The translations under genes were made by a program, and so were the position numbers. From positions 1 through 64,000 of the forward strand of contig JAPEUD010000003.1 of NCBI GenBank assembly GCA_026026165.1: DNA of 64,000 nt. The letters run 5' to 3'. This stretch comes from Sarea resinae (lineage: Eukaryota). The notes under the pieces are model-generated. The model searched no databases, was not told the origin of the DNA, and worked only from the letters and a program-made list of their open reading frames with translations. This document shows positions 25,553 to 38,259 of this stretch, in pieces (position 1 is the first letter of the stretch; each line of letters opens with the position of its first letter).

Positions 25553-26220
25553 TTCTTGGCACGCGCAAAGATACCTCGGCCTATAAACATGAAAAGCTGA
25601 CTTCTCTATTCCGTCCCATCCCATCCCACCATCGGGGAAGATGGGGCCTCCCCAGTCAAACCCCCCAACAATCATCGGCATATCGCTACAAGAACACAGG
25701 GCTGCGCCTCCAGATCTAGCCGACTTGAAAAGAATGGCAGAAGAGATGGAAATCATCGAAATCAAGAACAAGCCAAAAGGGACGTAGCGGCGACGCAGAA
25801 GGGGAAGAGAGAAGTTAGAGGCTAGGGACGGGCGAAAGAGAGGTAATGAAGGAGTAAAAAGAGGAAGATCAAGGTGAGTCTATAGATAGGGAAGCAGAAT
25901 CGGTCGTGGAAGCGAATCATGTTCAATAGGGGTATTTCAAATCATGATCTTGAATTTTTGGAGCAATAATGAACGAGAATCATCTAGTTTGCCTCGTTTT
26001 GGGAAGAAGTGAAACTCGATAAAACCTGATTGAATATTCAGAACTCTGAGATAGGAGATTGAAGAATGAAGATATGAGTGAGGTACACGGTACGCCAAAT
26101 GGAGAGATATAAATGCAGATGCAGCGCAAATGAGCACGTGATGATAGGGAGATCAAATCGAGACGGGACGAAGCCCTTGAGAGCGTCGAGAACAGGGGTG
26201 CAGATGGTCCGAGCAGCGGA

Positions 26221-29200
26221 TCACCCACCAGTGCGTTGGACAAAAGCCTGGTCCCAAACAGTCAGTCAATTTGACTCCCACGCAAACAATCTCTGCAGGG
26301 CAAAAACCTACCTGGAAGAACTGCTTAAACCCCTTAAGATCCAAGGAGGTCAGTGCCCGGAGGTACTCCTCCATAGGTTCACCTTCGATTCCAAGTCCGC
26401 GGAGTTCGACATCACGTAGCCAAGCCACAAATTCTCCGCCAGTCTTGGCCAGAATGACCTTCTGAAGACCGCCTATCTCGCCCAGCACTTGGCGCGCTTG
26501 CGGATCTTTAGCATTGAAGGAAGGGTTGGTTGGAAGTGACCAGCAAAGTGGTGAGAAGCGCGTTATCATGAACCGGTCAAACCCTGGGAGTGTTGGTGAT
26601 GGAGGGGATGTTTCCGTGGAGGTTGGAGAAGGAAGGTCAGGACCACCCCATACGGCACTCATACGGGTTAGGACAGAGAAGGCAAGCTTAGCGGTGGGAA
26701 CATCTGCGACGTCTTTGGCAAAGTGTTCAATGGTCGAAATGACTGTATCGAAGATCTGTTGGTTTGCTGCGAAAGTTAACCCTCAGTAAATGATACCCCA
26801 CGTAGATGATTGAGCAACTTACTGGCACTAACGAGGACCGACCCTAGGTCATTGTTCAAGATTATCAGAAGAAAATTAAGATATTCTCGGCGAAGCTCCG
26901 CTAGCTGAATCTCATCATCTGTGCCAGTTATTGGCTCGCTGAGTCCGGCAAAGACCCGTTGTAATAGTGGAGTAAGGAGGGAGTCAAGGATGTCGAAGAT
27001 TTCTGTCTTGAATCCATAGACAACTTGATCAAGAAGCCGCAAGAATACAGCCATCTCATCATTAGTAGAATTCTGTGAGAGAAGCCCATCAATCCAACGG
27101 TGTAGTTGCGGAAGGATACGAGTACCCAAAACCCCGATTAAGCGAGAAAATGCAAAACGAGCTGCAGTCCGGACGTCAAGGGAGGTTTTCAAAGACTCAA
27201 GCGCAACCAAGACGGCCTCGTCAGCTCTTCCAAACGCTTCCGACACCTCAGGGGCGGGCGCTGCACTCGCCGAATTCCCACCAGGTGTCCAGTCTGAGAA
27301 ACCTTTCGCCAAGTTGCCAATAGCCATGATATCGTGATGGATCTGTAGTGCAGCCCGCTCATCCCCATTCTTCGACGATTCCAGGTGATTTTGAATATCC
27401 GTTATTAGGGGATTGATCACAGATGACGCATACAGGACTTGCTTTTCCACCGGTACGGAAGAGGTAGAAGCTATGCAGCCGATTGCTTCAAACAGGTATA
27501 GCTGACTGTTGAACAAAGCGTCCGCAGATTGGTCGTTCTCATCTGATGACATGTCATCATCATCAGAACCCTGCTGCGGCAATTCAGCCTTGATAAGAAG
27601 AAGATCACCAATAGCTTCAATGACTGTCTGAGACACGTTCCCAAGTTTGGCCCTCAGATGTCGGACGAGGCGGTGGAAGAGATACCAAGACCTAGTCTTG
27701 ACTTTGACGTGATCATGATGGACTAATCGAACGAAGTTCTCGAGAACTCGGGGAATGAGCTGCGAATGGTTCTCGAAGAATGATGCATAGCGAACGCAGA
27801 TCTCCATATACTGCAGTTGAATTGCTGGATGGGGGAAACTAGCCGTATCTAATTGAGAAGAGGTCAGCTTCACTCTAGGGCCTCAAGAGTCCCATGTACG
27901 TACCGGACTCGACCATCTGAGCCATCATCTGAAGCAGTCGCTCTGCTGCCACAGAAGCGGGCTGGCTTTTATTATATAGTCCTCCATTTCGCGTGGCAAG
28001 TTCGCCGAACAAGTACATTTCATGGAGCGCCAGATCAAGCTCTCGCCAATTGAGCTGCCGTTGCTCTTGGCTGTACCTTGCAAAAGTGTTCGCGACGACG
28101 GTGCTGAGTGCGTCAATATACAGCGGTTCGTCAACGGCGGCGACGGCTTGCTGAAGAATATGTAATCTCTTCCGCAGCTCCTGAAATTCTGCTTCGTCAG
28201 TTTCGGCGTCTTCGTTTCCCCATGATGATGTCTCGTCATATTTCATTTTCCCAACTATGGCAGTCAAAATGGGAGATAACATAGCGTCGTAATGTGAAGC
28301 GAGTGCGCCGTTTGCCTTGACATCTTTGCGGAAAAATGTGAGTAAATCGGTCAGAGAGGGAATGACCGTCGAGCATATCTCATCGTACTCGTCCGAGAAG
28401 AATCGAAGAACAAAGGGAAGGAAGATTTGCAACAAGCCGTCGGCCTTTCGCCTGGTCTGCTCGTTGGTCTCGATATCTAGGGTCTTGACAATGTCAAAAG
28501 CGGCATTGTTGACCAACTTTGCTACAGCCTCCGCCATATCCGTATCGTAATTTGATGTAGCTCGAAGTTCGTTCAGGGGTGAGCTCGCGATCAATTGGCC
28601 GACTATATCGCCAAGCTTCAAGAAGATCATCATATCAATCTTATCGGTAGGGTTCATCTTCTTTCCAACGATTTCAGTGAACGTGTCGATTGCAGCGTCT
28701 CTGACTTTGTCGACACCGCCGGCAGAGCCGGTCGCCTGAGTGCGGCCTACCAGTTGGAAAAGAAGGTTGAGGAGCGACTCGTTCACAACTAGCGATATGT
28801 CGATCCAGCTCACCCACCTTCCCACGGACTTTAAACAAAGCTCGACAATAGCGTCATTGCGCTCTATCCATCTAGCCAAGACCTCCTGCCACGAGGCAAC
28901 GATTTTCTGCATATCCCGCTGTCTCACTAGGTCCTTAAGCTGATTACTTTTCTTTTGCTCCTCGGGGGACCTTGGTACGAGAACATCGGCAATCTCATCG
29001 TGTATAGAGATGAGAATTCGTATGTACAACGCACTCCCGAGGAGATTATCTTTCGTACTACCGTCTTTGTTTCTCCCCAGCGCTAGGAAGTCATCGAAAA
29101 AATTCTCCCACCCGGAGGCGTAGAGTGCGTTGAAGAGATACGTGACGGTCTGAGTGAGCTTGTTCTGAATCGCAACTGTGTCGACGGATGCCTCCGCGCC

Positions 29201-29571
29201 AGTCTCGCCATAGACCCTTCGGACATACTCCATCAAATTTTCCTTGACAAAGCCTAAGCTTGGGGCATCGAGTTGGTGTGTCTGAACGGCATTGTTGACG
29301 ACCTCGAGCGCAACGATTCGGACGACTTCGGAAGGAAGAGCAGATCGGGTGAAGAGGGAGAGGCAGACCTGCCAGCCAGAGGGATCATTCCGCAGCTGGT
29401 TCAAAAAATCGAAAGCTTGCGCTTTCAAATTCTGGTCGGAAGTCGGGTTCCATGCGATTTCGATGGCACTCTCGACCTGTAGTTGGAGGGCAGTATTAGA
29501 TGTGTGTTGGGACCAAGGGCACTGAGCTGTAATAGCTCCCTGTGTGAAAAAACCCCTACCTGAGTATCCAT
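26221..29571 (-). CDS. LOS1: Exportin-T (tRNA exportin; multi-exon)
   Basis: [90 protein letters not shown]; last exon [11 protein letters not shown]. Confidence 0.92.
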
Positions 29572-30396
29572 TCTCACAAAGGGAAGCGGGACCGCGCCTT
29601 GACGGCGGACATCCAAGTAAAAGACAACTCTACCTCAGCCGTAGTTGATGCTATCGGTTCATGCGGTATGACTTTCTGCGAGCGTTGATCAGGCTGCGAG
29701 GTCGTGACTAGGATGCGTAGCTAGGAAGCCGGTAAGACTGATCGATGAGATGGGTGCTCTGAAGAATTCGGATGGTGGGGTAGTCCAGCGAAAGATTGTA
29801 AAATTCATGTGCTGCTGAGAGGAATGGAGCGAGGATGCTTGCCGCGAAGGAGAAGATGAGAGTAGAAGTGAAAGCAGAAGTGATAGCGAAATTGATATGT
29901 TGGTGGCCGTTGCTTGAGGTGCTCTTCAAGATGAGATGGGCGTCATATCACAATCGTCTTCAATGCTTGTCTCGACTGTCTCGAGAGTCCCATCTTCAGG
30001 TACCAACGGCCCAAAATTGAGATGACTGAGACTCCCACATCCGTGCAAGGGGCACGAGACAACCTGGAAGTCTCTTTTCTTAGTGCCCCGTACCATGTGT
30101 ATACTTCGTCCTTGTACGAATACATAGGAAGTACGAAGTACTACGAGTAGGTACCACCGATTGGCAGCCCGGAGGCCGCCAGGGCACACGACAAGGGCAC
30201 ACCCGATACGGTACGCCAGAGAAACACCCCATGGATGCCTGGCCACTTTCCTTTTCCAACGGGAGCCACCCCCCGGTACTACAAGCAGTAAATCAGAATA
30301 TCACCATCAATTCGATGAAGAGATATCCAAGTAGTAGCTAGTGGATACTTGAAAGATTCGTGGAAACATGACCCTCTAATCTAATAACCTGATAAT

Positions 30397-32387
30397 TTAA
30401 TGGTTTCCTTTTCCATTGACTCCGTTGACTCCGTTGACTCCGTGGACCCCGTTAGCTCCGTTGCGTTCCTTCGCCCTCTCCTTCTCTCTCTCCTGCCGCA
30501 GAACTTCCTTCTCCATCCTCTCGAATCCCTCAACGGCGACACCATACTTCTCAAAAACACCGGGTTGGTAGCCTTCTGCTATCTTCTTCACAAACTCGGC
30601 TTCCCTCCACCGCTCTCCGATCAGCTCCTCAAAGCTCTCCCCTGCACGCCTCTCGACCGCCCAAACAGCTTTATACGCACTTCCCAGCGCACAAGCATTC
30701 TCACCAACATCGAGGCGGAAGACACCCTCGACACCGCCGAGGACTTCGCCAGCTATTTTGGCAATGGCCGCATTCTTAGATCCGCCGCCCACGAGGTAGA
30801 CGCGGCGCGGCTGGGGAGGAAGGGACGTCTCGGGGTCGGATTCAACCAATCTGTGGGAGCGCAAACGAAGAGAGAGGAGTTGCGATTCGATGATAGCGCG
30901 CGCGTCATCGTGAGGGCAATTCCATCCTTCTCGCGTCTCGACCAGATCGCCCGACTTTTTGGAGGTGGAAGGGGAGTAGGTAAAGTGCCATTGTCCGGCG
31001 GGGAGGTTGGGTACGATTTCTGGTTTAGGGAAATAGAGGCCCATCTTCATAGGGTCAGTATCTTTCACTTGACCCATTGGCGGTGAGGAAGTAGCAGTGG
31101 CGTCCATCTTGGCCCATGATGTGGAAGGAGTTTCCGTTCCTGAATTGCTTTGTGCATTGATGGCGTTTCGAACCCCCTCGCGGGCGAGACCGCCATTCTT
31201 GTAACAAAGCATAAACATGTACAGTCCAGCGGTTGTGGGGTGGTTCATGAAGTGGTATGCGGGGTCTGGTTTGTATTTCGGCGTGCTCATCAAGAATGTC
31301 GTGCTTGTTCCCAAAGAGACTATGGCGTCATGTGGTCGGAGAGGTAGGGACAAGATGGTGGCCGGATTATCACCCGTAAAGGGTGTGACGGCCGCTGAAG
31401 GGTGGAAACCATACCGCTTGACGTAGTATGAGCTGACCTTGCCCCATTCTCCACCTCCGTCTTCAGGGACATCCCCAAGTTTACGCTTGAGCTCCTCGAC
31501 CCCGTCCGGGCCTGCGGCAAGGGCCAGCAGATCTTCGTTCCAGACGCCAGTGCGAATCTGGCGGAGGTTCATGCCGCAAACGTCGCCGATGTCGAAAGGA
31601 GCAACGGCTCCGAGAAAGAGAGAACAGAGAAAGGAGGAGACGAGGGAAATCCGGGACGTAGCTTTGTAAACAGCAGAATTCTTCTTACGGAAACGGAGGA
31701 TTTGTGGACCAGTGAAGCGCTGCCGATTCATTGTTTAGCCATGCTCTAGAAACGGGAAATCTGCGAAGGAAGTAGACGGGTATTAGGGGATAGAGACGGG
31801 TTCCTAGATGAGGCGGCTTACATGATGGGCCTTGCTTCCCGTAATATCTGCCAATACCTGCTCGCCTCCCAAACACGCATCAAAAGCATCGCATTCTTTC
31901 TGCGTGCTTGCGTCCTGCCAATTGGGACTATAAGGATGCGAGAAGGCTTTTGGCCCCAACTGTTCCACCAATGACTGCCCTGGATCTAGCCCAGCTAGTA
32001 GATTTTCGGCTTCATGGCTCCAGTATACACTTCCATGCTGCTGTCCTGCACCTGAGATGCCTCGTACACGGCTGAAGTCGGCTCCAGCGTCCTTGAGTCG
32101 CTGCAAAACCAAGTCTAGAGCCTCGAGCCACATGGACACAGGTGCGAACACCTCGTGCTCTTCTTTGTTATTAAGGACGCCCTTCTCGATGCCATACTTG
32201 GAGAGGTCGGCGTCGAAGTCGACCTTGGCTTCGTGTACGACTTTCAGAGCGGAAGTTACGACAAGTCCTGATGGCAGAAAGCGTCAGCGGATGAAGCGAT
32301 GGGTGGAATCGTCATCACATCTGGCTCACCCTTCAATTGCTGAGTCGAAAGGTCAAAGCCTAGATACAGAGGACCCTTATCGGCCAT
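30397..32387 (-). CDS. XKS1: D-xylulokinase (FGGY family; 2 introns)
   Basis: [62 protein letters not shown]. Confidence 0.97.
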
Positions 32388-32860
32388 GATTTGCAGCAGT
32401 CCCTGAATCACAGACGTCCAATTTTACCAGGTCAAAGAATGATGGCCAATTGTGATGACAGACTCGGTGAGACAAAGAAGAAGAATGCAGAAGGAAAAGG
32501 ATGACTTGTTGGTAGGGGCGGTGGTGACCAATCTAGAGTCGGTGGCAACCTCGAGCTCTCCCTGGGAGATAAGTATGGGAGATAAGTAGGTACGTGTGGA
32601 ATGTGAGGTGAGCGGAAGCTGCTGATTACTCGGAAAAAAGAAAGAATGCCCTGTTACTTGATGGTGGTGGTGGTACTACTGCTACTATCGTGACCCATAT
32701 AATAATATGGACAACCCTGGGGCCATTGGCAACTCATTGGATGGTGACCTACTTTGCTTACTGCGCACCCTACTCTTGTCTTCCCTTCTCTTCCCTTGTC
32801 TTCTACCATACTCTACCTGTCTCACCTGCGAGAAGCAGGAGCAGCAGCAGGTAGCGAGGA

Positions 32861-32920
32861 GCAGGTAGCAGGTAGCAGGTAGCAGGTAGCAGGTAGCAGG
32901 TGGCAGATGGCAGGTGGCAG
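32861..32920 (+). repeat. (GCAGGTA)n heptamer minisatellite degenerating to GCAGGTG/GCAGATG
   Basis: gcaggta repeated about five times, followed by variant units. Confidence 0.9.
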
Positions 32921-34178
32921 ATGACGATAATATTTTGTACGGCCTGGCGCGCCAACGATTACCACGAATTGACGGTGAGTTGACGTTAGCGTTCGTAGTT
33001 CCTTCCGTCTGTCGGTGACGGGCTGACCGCTGGTACCTTAAAGTGCCCGTGTACGCAGTAGCTTCGCTTGAGGTGGCCCGAGTGTCCCGGGACGACCTAC
33101 CTGACCTCTGCTAGATTCGAGGAGAATGGGGAGGAAATGCTTGAATCAGGTAATGACGCGGCAAAAACGTCTCCAGGTCAAGATCCTTTCGGACGGTCCT
33201 TGCAAGTTTCTCCGTCGCATCGTCCTGCCCAATCTCAATGGATCCATCCGCCTCATCCGCCGATCCTTCCATGGACGCATTAGATGCTCCCTACCCGCAC
33301 ACGATACAGTGATAACGCGGTAGCCAGCATCCGTGCGGAAGGTACCGTCAAGATGGAGGACTGGAGGACTGGAGGCCTGAAGGCAAGGCCTGATCGATCA
33401 TCTGAACGCCTAAACGCCTGCACGCCTGGGGCGGGACCCTCGGACCTCCTCCGTCGCCAGTAAGCCAGGTCCCCGGAAATCCGTCCACGCTAAAGAGCTT
33501 ACGCGACTCTACGCGAAATCCTAAACTCTTCAGACCCCCGTGAGGATCAATCAGCCATTTTCTCATTTATCCGCAACTGAGGCAAGTCTACTCTGCCGAG
33601 TAGATCACCCATCTCGACATGTGCAATCAATTTCGCGCCAATGACGACGAGTCACGGTGAAGGAGCAGAAGCAAACGAGGAAAAGATGCAGCGTACAGAT
33701 TATTTCAATCAGTTGCACCCCATGGTAATATACATCAGTGAATTCGAGCAAGGAACTGCTTTATGCCGACACATCATTTGGCCGCCCCGAACGCCACCAG
33801 TTGGAGCTCGCTCCGCCGCTGAAGAAATCGAACCGCTGGACGGGGCAAATCATCCTCCGGAATTATTGTTCCAACCCCGGACCCAAATGGCCACCGCTCC
33901 GTATTGTGCCGTAAATCCAGCTGTTTTATTGGAAGAAAGAATATTCGGTCTAGACCTGCCGATGATGCGCCGTAGATCTAGAGCCGCCTTTGGATGCTAT
34001 ATCGAGTTCGAGCTGGTATGCAAAATGATCTATCGAAAATGCGACAGTTATCTAGAGCTGCGTTATGTGCAGTGTCCGCTCGATGCTAATAAGAAGAGAC
34101 CTTCGGCCGACACTGAGGACGACAGAAAGTAAGCTACCCGTCATTCAAAGAAGTGAACGGAAAGAGGGGCTCGATCCC

Positions 34179-35739
34179 TCAGCGCAGCTTCTTGGCGTTC
34201 CCGTTTTGATGCGCATGCTCATGGTTGTGATCGTGATCGTGATCGTGATCATGTTCCTCCTTTTCCTCCTCAGGTTCCGGGCTGCTTCGAGGGCTGACGT
34301 CTTGTCCGATAAACTCGTCTAAGAAGTCTCGCGAGCCCTCGACCTTTGGAACGAAACGAACCTTAACTCTGCGTACACCTCTGACCTTCGACCCCACACG
34401 CGCTCTGACAGCCTCCTCGATGATGTGAGTCTGTTCCACGCTCCACCCGGCGGGCACAGCCAGTTCCAGTTCCATAAGGTAATTCTGTCCCGACTTGATT
34501 CCTTGGACGTCACGTACTTCAACTTCTTTTCCACCTTCGACACCAGCATCCGGATTGAGAGCCTTCATGGTGGCATTTCGAACGGAGCTTTTCATGTCGT
34601 TGTCGACGCCAACATCTGCTAGCTCTAGTAGAGCAGCCTTGGTGTTTCCAAAGCCTGCCCGGATCACCAACGTCGAGATTATAAGCCCACCCACAGGGTC
34701 CAGCCAAGCGGCGTTGTTCAAAAAGTGTGAGCCACCAATCATTAGGAGCGCCACCATGGCAGTCATAGAATCAATTCGATGATGAACAGCGTTCGATGCC
34801 AACACCGAGGACTTGCGCTCCTTGGCAATTTTCATAGCTTTAAAATATATACGTTAGCAAGAACAACAGAGCGTGGTCAGAGAACATATAAAACGTACTA
34901 GCTCGGTACAGCCATTCTTTGACTACGATTGATCCACCCGCTAACCATGCGGCGTTGATGTTAGGGCCGAGATCCGTATGACTGTGACTGTGGCCATGAT
35001 CATGGCCGTGACTATGGCCAAGGATGCCCCAGTCCTGTAAGAAAGCTGCAAAATCGGGGAAGAATTGAGAGCAAATGGCTGATAGTGCGCTCGTGCCCAT
35101 CCACAAACCACCGACAAGAAGTAAAGCACTGACGCTAAGTGACCCCAGACTCTCAACTTTGCCGTATCCCGATGGGAATTTTGACGTCGGCGGCTTGATA
35201 GACCAGGAAACGGTAGCCAGAGTCATGATGTCTGAGACTAGGTCGGTCAAAGAATGGATGGCATCGGCAACGAGAGCCTGCGAGTGGAAGTAGTATCCGC
35301 CCACACCCTTGCCGCAGGCCATGCTCAGATTGACAAGCAATCCTATTCGCGTGATCCGAACGCCCGCATCTTTCTTGTTTTTAGATGTCAAGTAGAGATT
35401 GTCCTGAGGGTTGTGGTGGTGATGATGTGAGTGTCCGACGTGCAGTCGGGTCTGCTCGCGTGATGCGGTCGCCATGACGAATTGCTTGTACGGACGCAGC
35501 GCGGTGGAAGATCGAAGAGTGAGAAGGGACGAAGGCAGTCGTACGGGAAGGGCTGCAGATGTGAAAGAGGTTGATTGTATGAATGAATGCTGTGTAGGTG
35601 TGCCCAGATGCGGCTGACGAATAAAGCTGCTGGAGCTGGAAACAAAGCTGCAGGGGTCGCTAAGCCGCGCGGATGGTTTCACACGATTTGATGGACACCG
35701 CAGCCGCACGCCATGGCCTAGGCAGCGTGAAAGCGGCAT
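34179..35739 (-). CDS. Mitochondrial cation-diffusion-facilitator metal transporter (Mmt1/Mmt2-like); intron 34838-34898
   Basis: Arg/Ser-rich presequence-like N-terminus, GHSHHHHH, SQALVADAIHSLTDLVSD, FPSGYGKVESLG, SNAVHHRIDS, His-rich loops. Confidence 0.92.
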
Positions 35740-36560
35740 CCGGGGGGGCGGCGGGAGGGCAAGACAGCAATTGAACTTGGCAGCAGCCGTAACGGAAGTA
35801 GTGATCGTGGTGGTCGTGGTGGTCGTGGTGGTCGCGGTGGTCGTGGTATTGGTATGTCGTGGGGAAGAGAGAGTGTCACCACAGACGGAAAGAGACACAA
35901 GCAGAGATGTATGAGGGCTGATTATTATGGTGATTGACTTTGCGTTCAAGGTCTACTCGTACATTCGGTTCAGTCATGCCGTTCAGTCGCTTTTACCAGT
36001 TCGACGTAGCGTGGACTCAATTGGGGGGTGGGAGGGATGCGAAGGTCCATCGTGTTAGAGTATCGACTGCAGCAGCTGGCGGACGGACGAAGAGCTGGCG
36101 CAGAGCAGAGCCTCTGGCGCGGCCGAGTCTCGGCTACCGGCGACGAGCAAGTGGAACGATGTTTGATGATCAAATGGGAAGGATGGATCGATTCTTCTTA
36201 CGCCGTACGCCGTACGCCGTACACGCCCCGTCGCCGCCGTCCCCGCTACTCGGAGTAGAGTACAGAGGATGATCCCGAGATTGAATGTACTGTGCGTACG
36301 AGTACTCTGTACAACAAACAACTGCCAAAACATCCATCCATGGATGGATCCCGATGTCGCCGCTGGAGGCGGCCCGCCACGGAACAACGTTATTCCAGCT
36401 TGCTCCATCGGGCTCGTCATGACGACGGGACCTGGATGATTAAAGATCCCCGGGCCACGAACACTCCACGCAGGCGACAACCTGCACAGGGCAGTGTTTC
36501 CCCGTCTTCATAGGTATCATATCTTCCCATGGACATCGAGTCCGTCTCAATGCCTCCTCC

Positions 36561-37918
36561 ATGCAGAAAGCCTTTATGAGAATACCCTACACGGGCCCCC
36601 TCCCCTCCCCACTCATCATCCCCAACACTGCCAATACCGTCCCTGGCGCAATCGCAGCCCTGACCCGTTTCCTCTCCGCACCACCCTCGCCAGCTTTGCA
36701 ACGACCGCCGAATGGCAACCAGGACCGGCAGGCATCAACGGTGCTGCTGACCGGTGCCGGCATATCTGTGGCCTCGGGACTCGCCGACTATCGCGGCACG
36801 AATGGCACCTACACCTTGAATAAGACTTATCGCCCCATCTACTTCAGCGAGTTCGTCCACAACCATGAAGCCCGCAAGAGGTACTGGGCAAGGAGCTTTC
36901 TCGGCTGGCCCGTCCTTGAGAGGTCAAAACCAAACGCCGCCCACCGTGCGGTTCAGACGTTGGGGGAAAGGGGATGGTTCAGTGGCGTCGTAACTCAGAG
37001 CAAGTGCTTTCGTCCCACACTATTCGTCTGCCTAGGTATCCACCACCAGCTAACCTCTGATGCCCTATGAATTGCACAGATGTCGACTCCTTCCACCTCC
37101 AAGCGCACCCCAGCCTACCCACTCTCGAACTCCACGGCTACCTCCGTTCTCTCGTCTGTCTCACATGCGGCACACACCTACCGCGAAGCAAATTTCAAGA
37201 GTCGCTCGCAGCTCTGAACCCAGCATGGGCAACCTTTCTCGCCGAGGCCCTTGCCAGCGGCGCCCTGGACACGGAGCACCCCGATGAGCGGCGCCGACGT
37301 GGCCTCCGCGCCAACCCAGACGGCGACGTTGATCTGCCCAACGCGCCCTACAGCTCCTTTCGTTATCCGGCATGTCCAACATGTCTAGCACAGTCGCAGC
37401 GGCATCAGCACTCCGCCTCCAGTAAGCCGGCATCAACCATGACAGAAACAAACCCTCACATTGTCAATGTCGATCCCGACGGCGCCTACCTCCCAACCTC
37501 GACAGCAGGCATCCTCAAACCGGCTGTGGTAATGTTCGGAGAATCGATCGCCCCAGCCGTTAAAACGACCGCCGAAGACCTCATCGACTCTGCTAGCCGA
37601 CTCCTAGTCGTCGGCAGCAGCCTGGCCACGTATTCGGCATGGCGACTTGCAAAACGCGCCCGCGATCGCGGCATGCCGATCGGTGTGCTGAATCTGGGCG
37701 GCGTGAGAGGCGAGGAGGCGTTGTTTGAGGGGGTGGGCCGGGATGTGGGGGAGAACACCGGAGAGAATGGCGTCAGGTGTAGCCAGTCGGCCGACGTGGT
37801 GCTGGCGGGCGTCGTAGCGAACCTGAAAGGAAGAAACGCTGCTGTTGATGAGACAGCGTCTGCTGGCCCCTCTAGCGTTGGCGCGTTGGCGGTCGAAATA
37901 AAGAGTCAAGCAGCATGA
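36561..37918 (+). CDS. Class II (SIRT4-like) sirtuin, NAD-dependent deacylase; GC-AG intron 37000-37079 (start may be 36576)
   Basis: LLTGAGISVASGLADYRG, RKRYWARSFLGW, TQN|VDSFH, ELHG, CxxC...CxxC, NPDGDV, LKPAVVMFGE, VGSSLATYSAWRL. Confidence 0.95.
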
Positions 37919-38259
37919 TTTGTCACGATAAAGATCTGCTATAACAATAACGTGGATAGTATAAGTATGCTGCACAATACAATCTGTCAAGGGATACGAG
38001 AAAATGCTAATGTACGAGTGTGTGCGGTAGGAGTGGTTGTGGATGTGGTACCCAGCGGTAGTGAGAGCCGTTGTAGGATTGCTGCTGTGCGTGCGGGTGC
38101 GGGTGTGGATGTAGGCATATATGTTTGGTTCACACGTACATCTTTCGCAAGCAGGTGTCGTGGCGTAGCTCGGGGAGATTCGTCTCCTCAGAGTCTTCGG
38201 GGGAATTCAACATATCCCCCTTATGATCGCCGCTATAAAACTTAGAACCCACGCTTCGC

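Noticed and set aside
33068..34132. ORFs of 65-163 aa between xylulokinase and the CDF transporter
   Set aside because: No recognisable domain or consistent splice structure; a lineage-specific gene cannot be excluded.
35740..35949. Thr-rich N-terminal extension of the CDF transporter ORF
   Set aside because: Starts at a non-ATG codon and comes from an (ACC/ACG) repeat; more likely 5' UTR.
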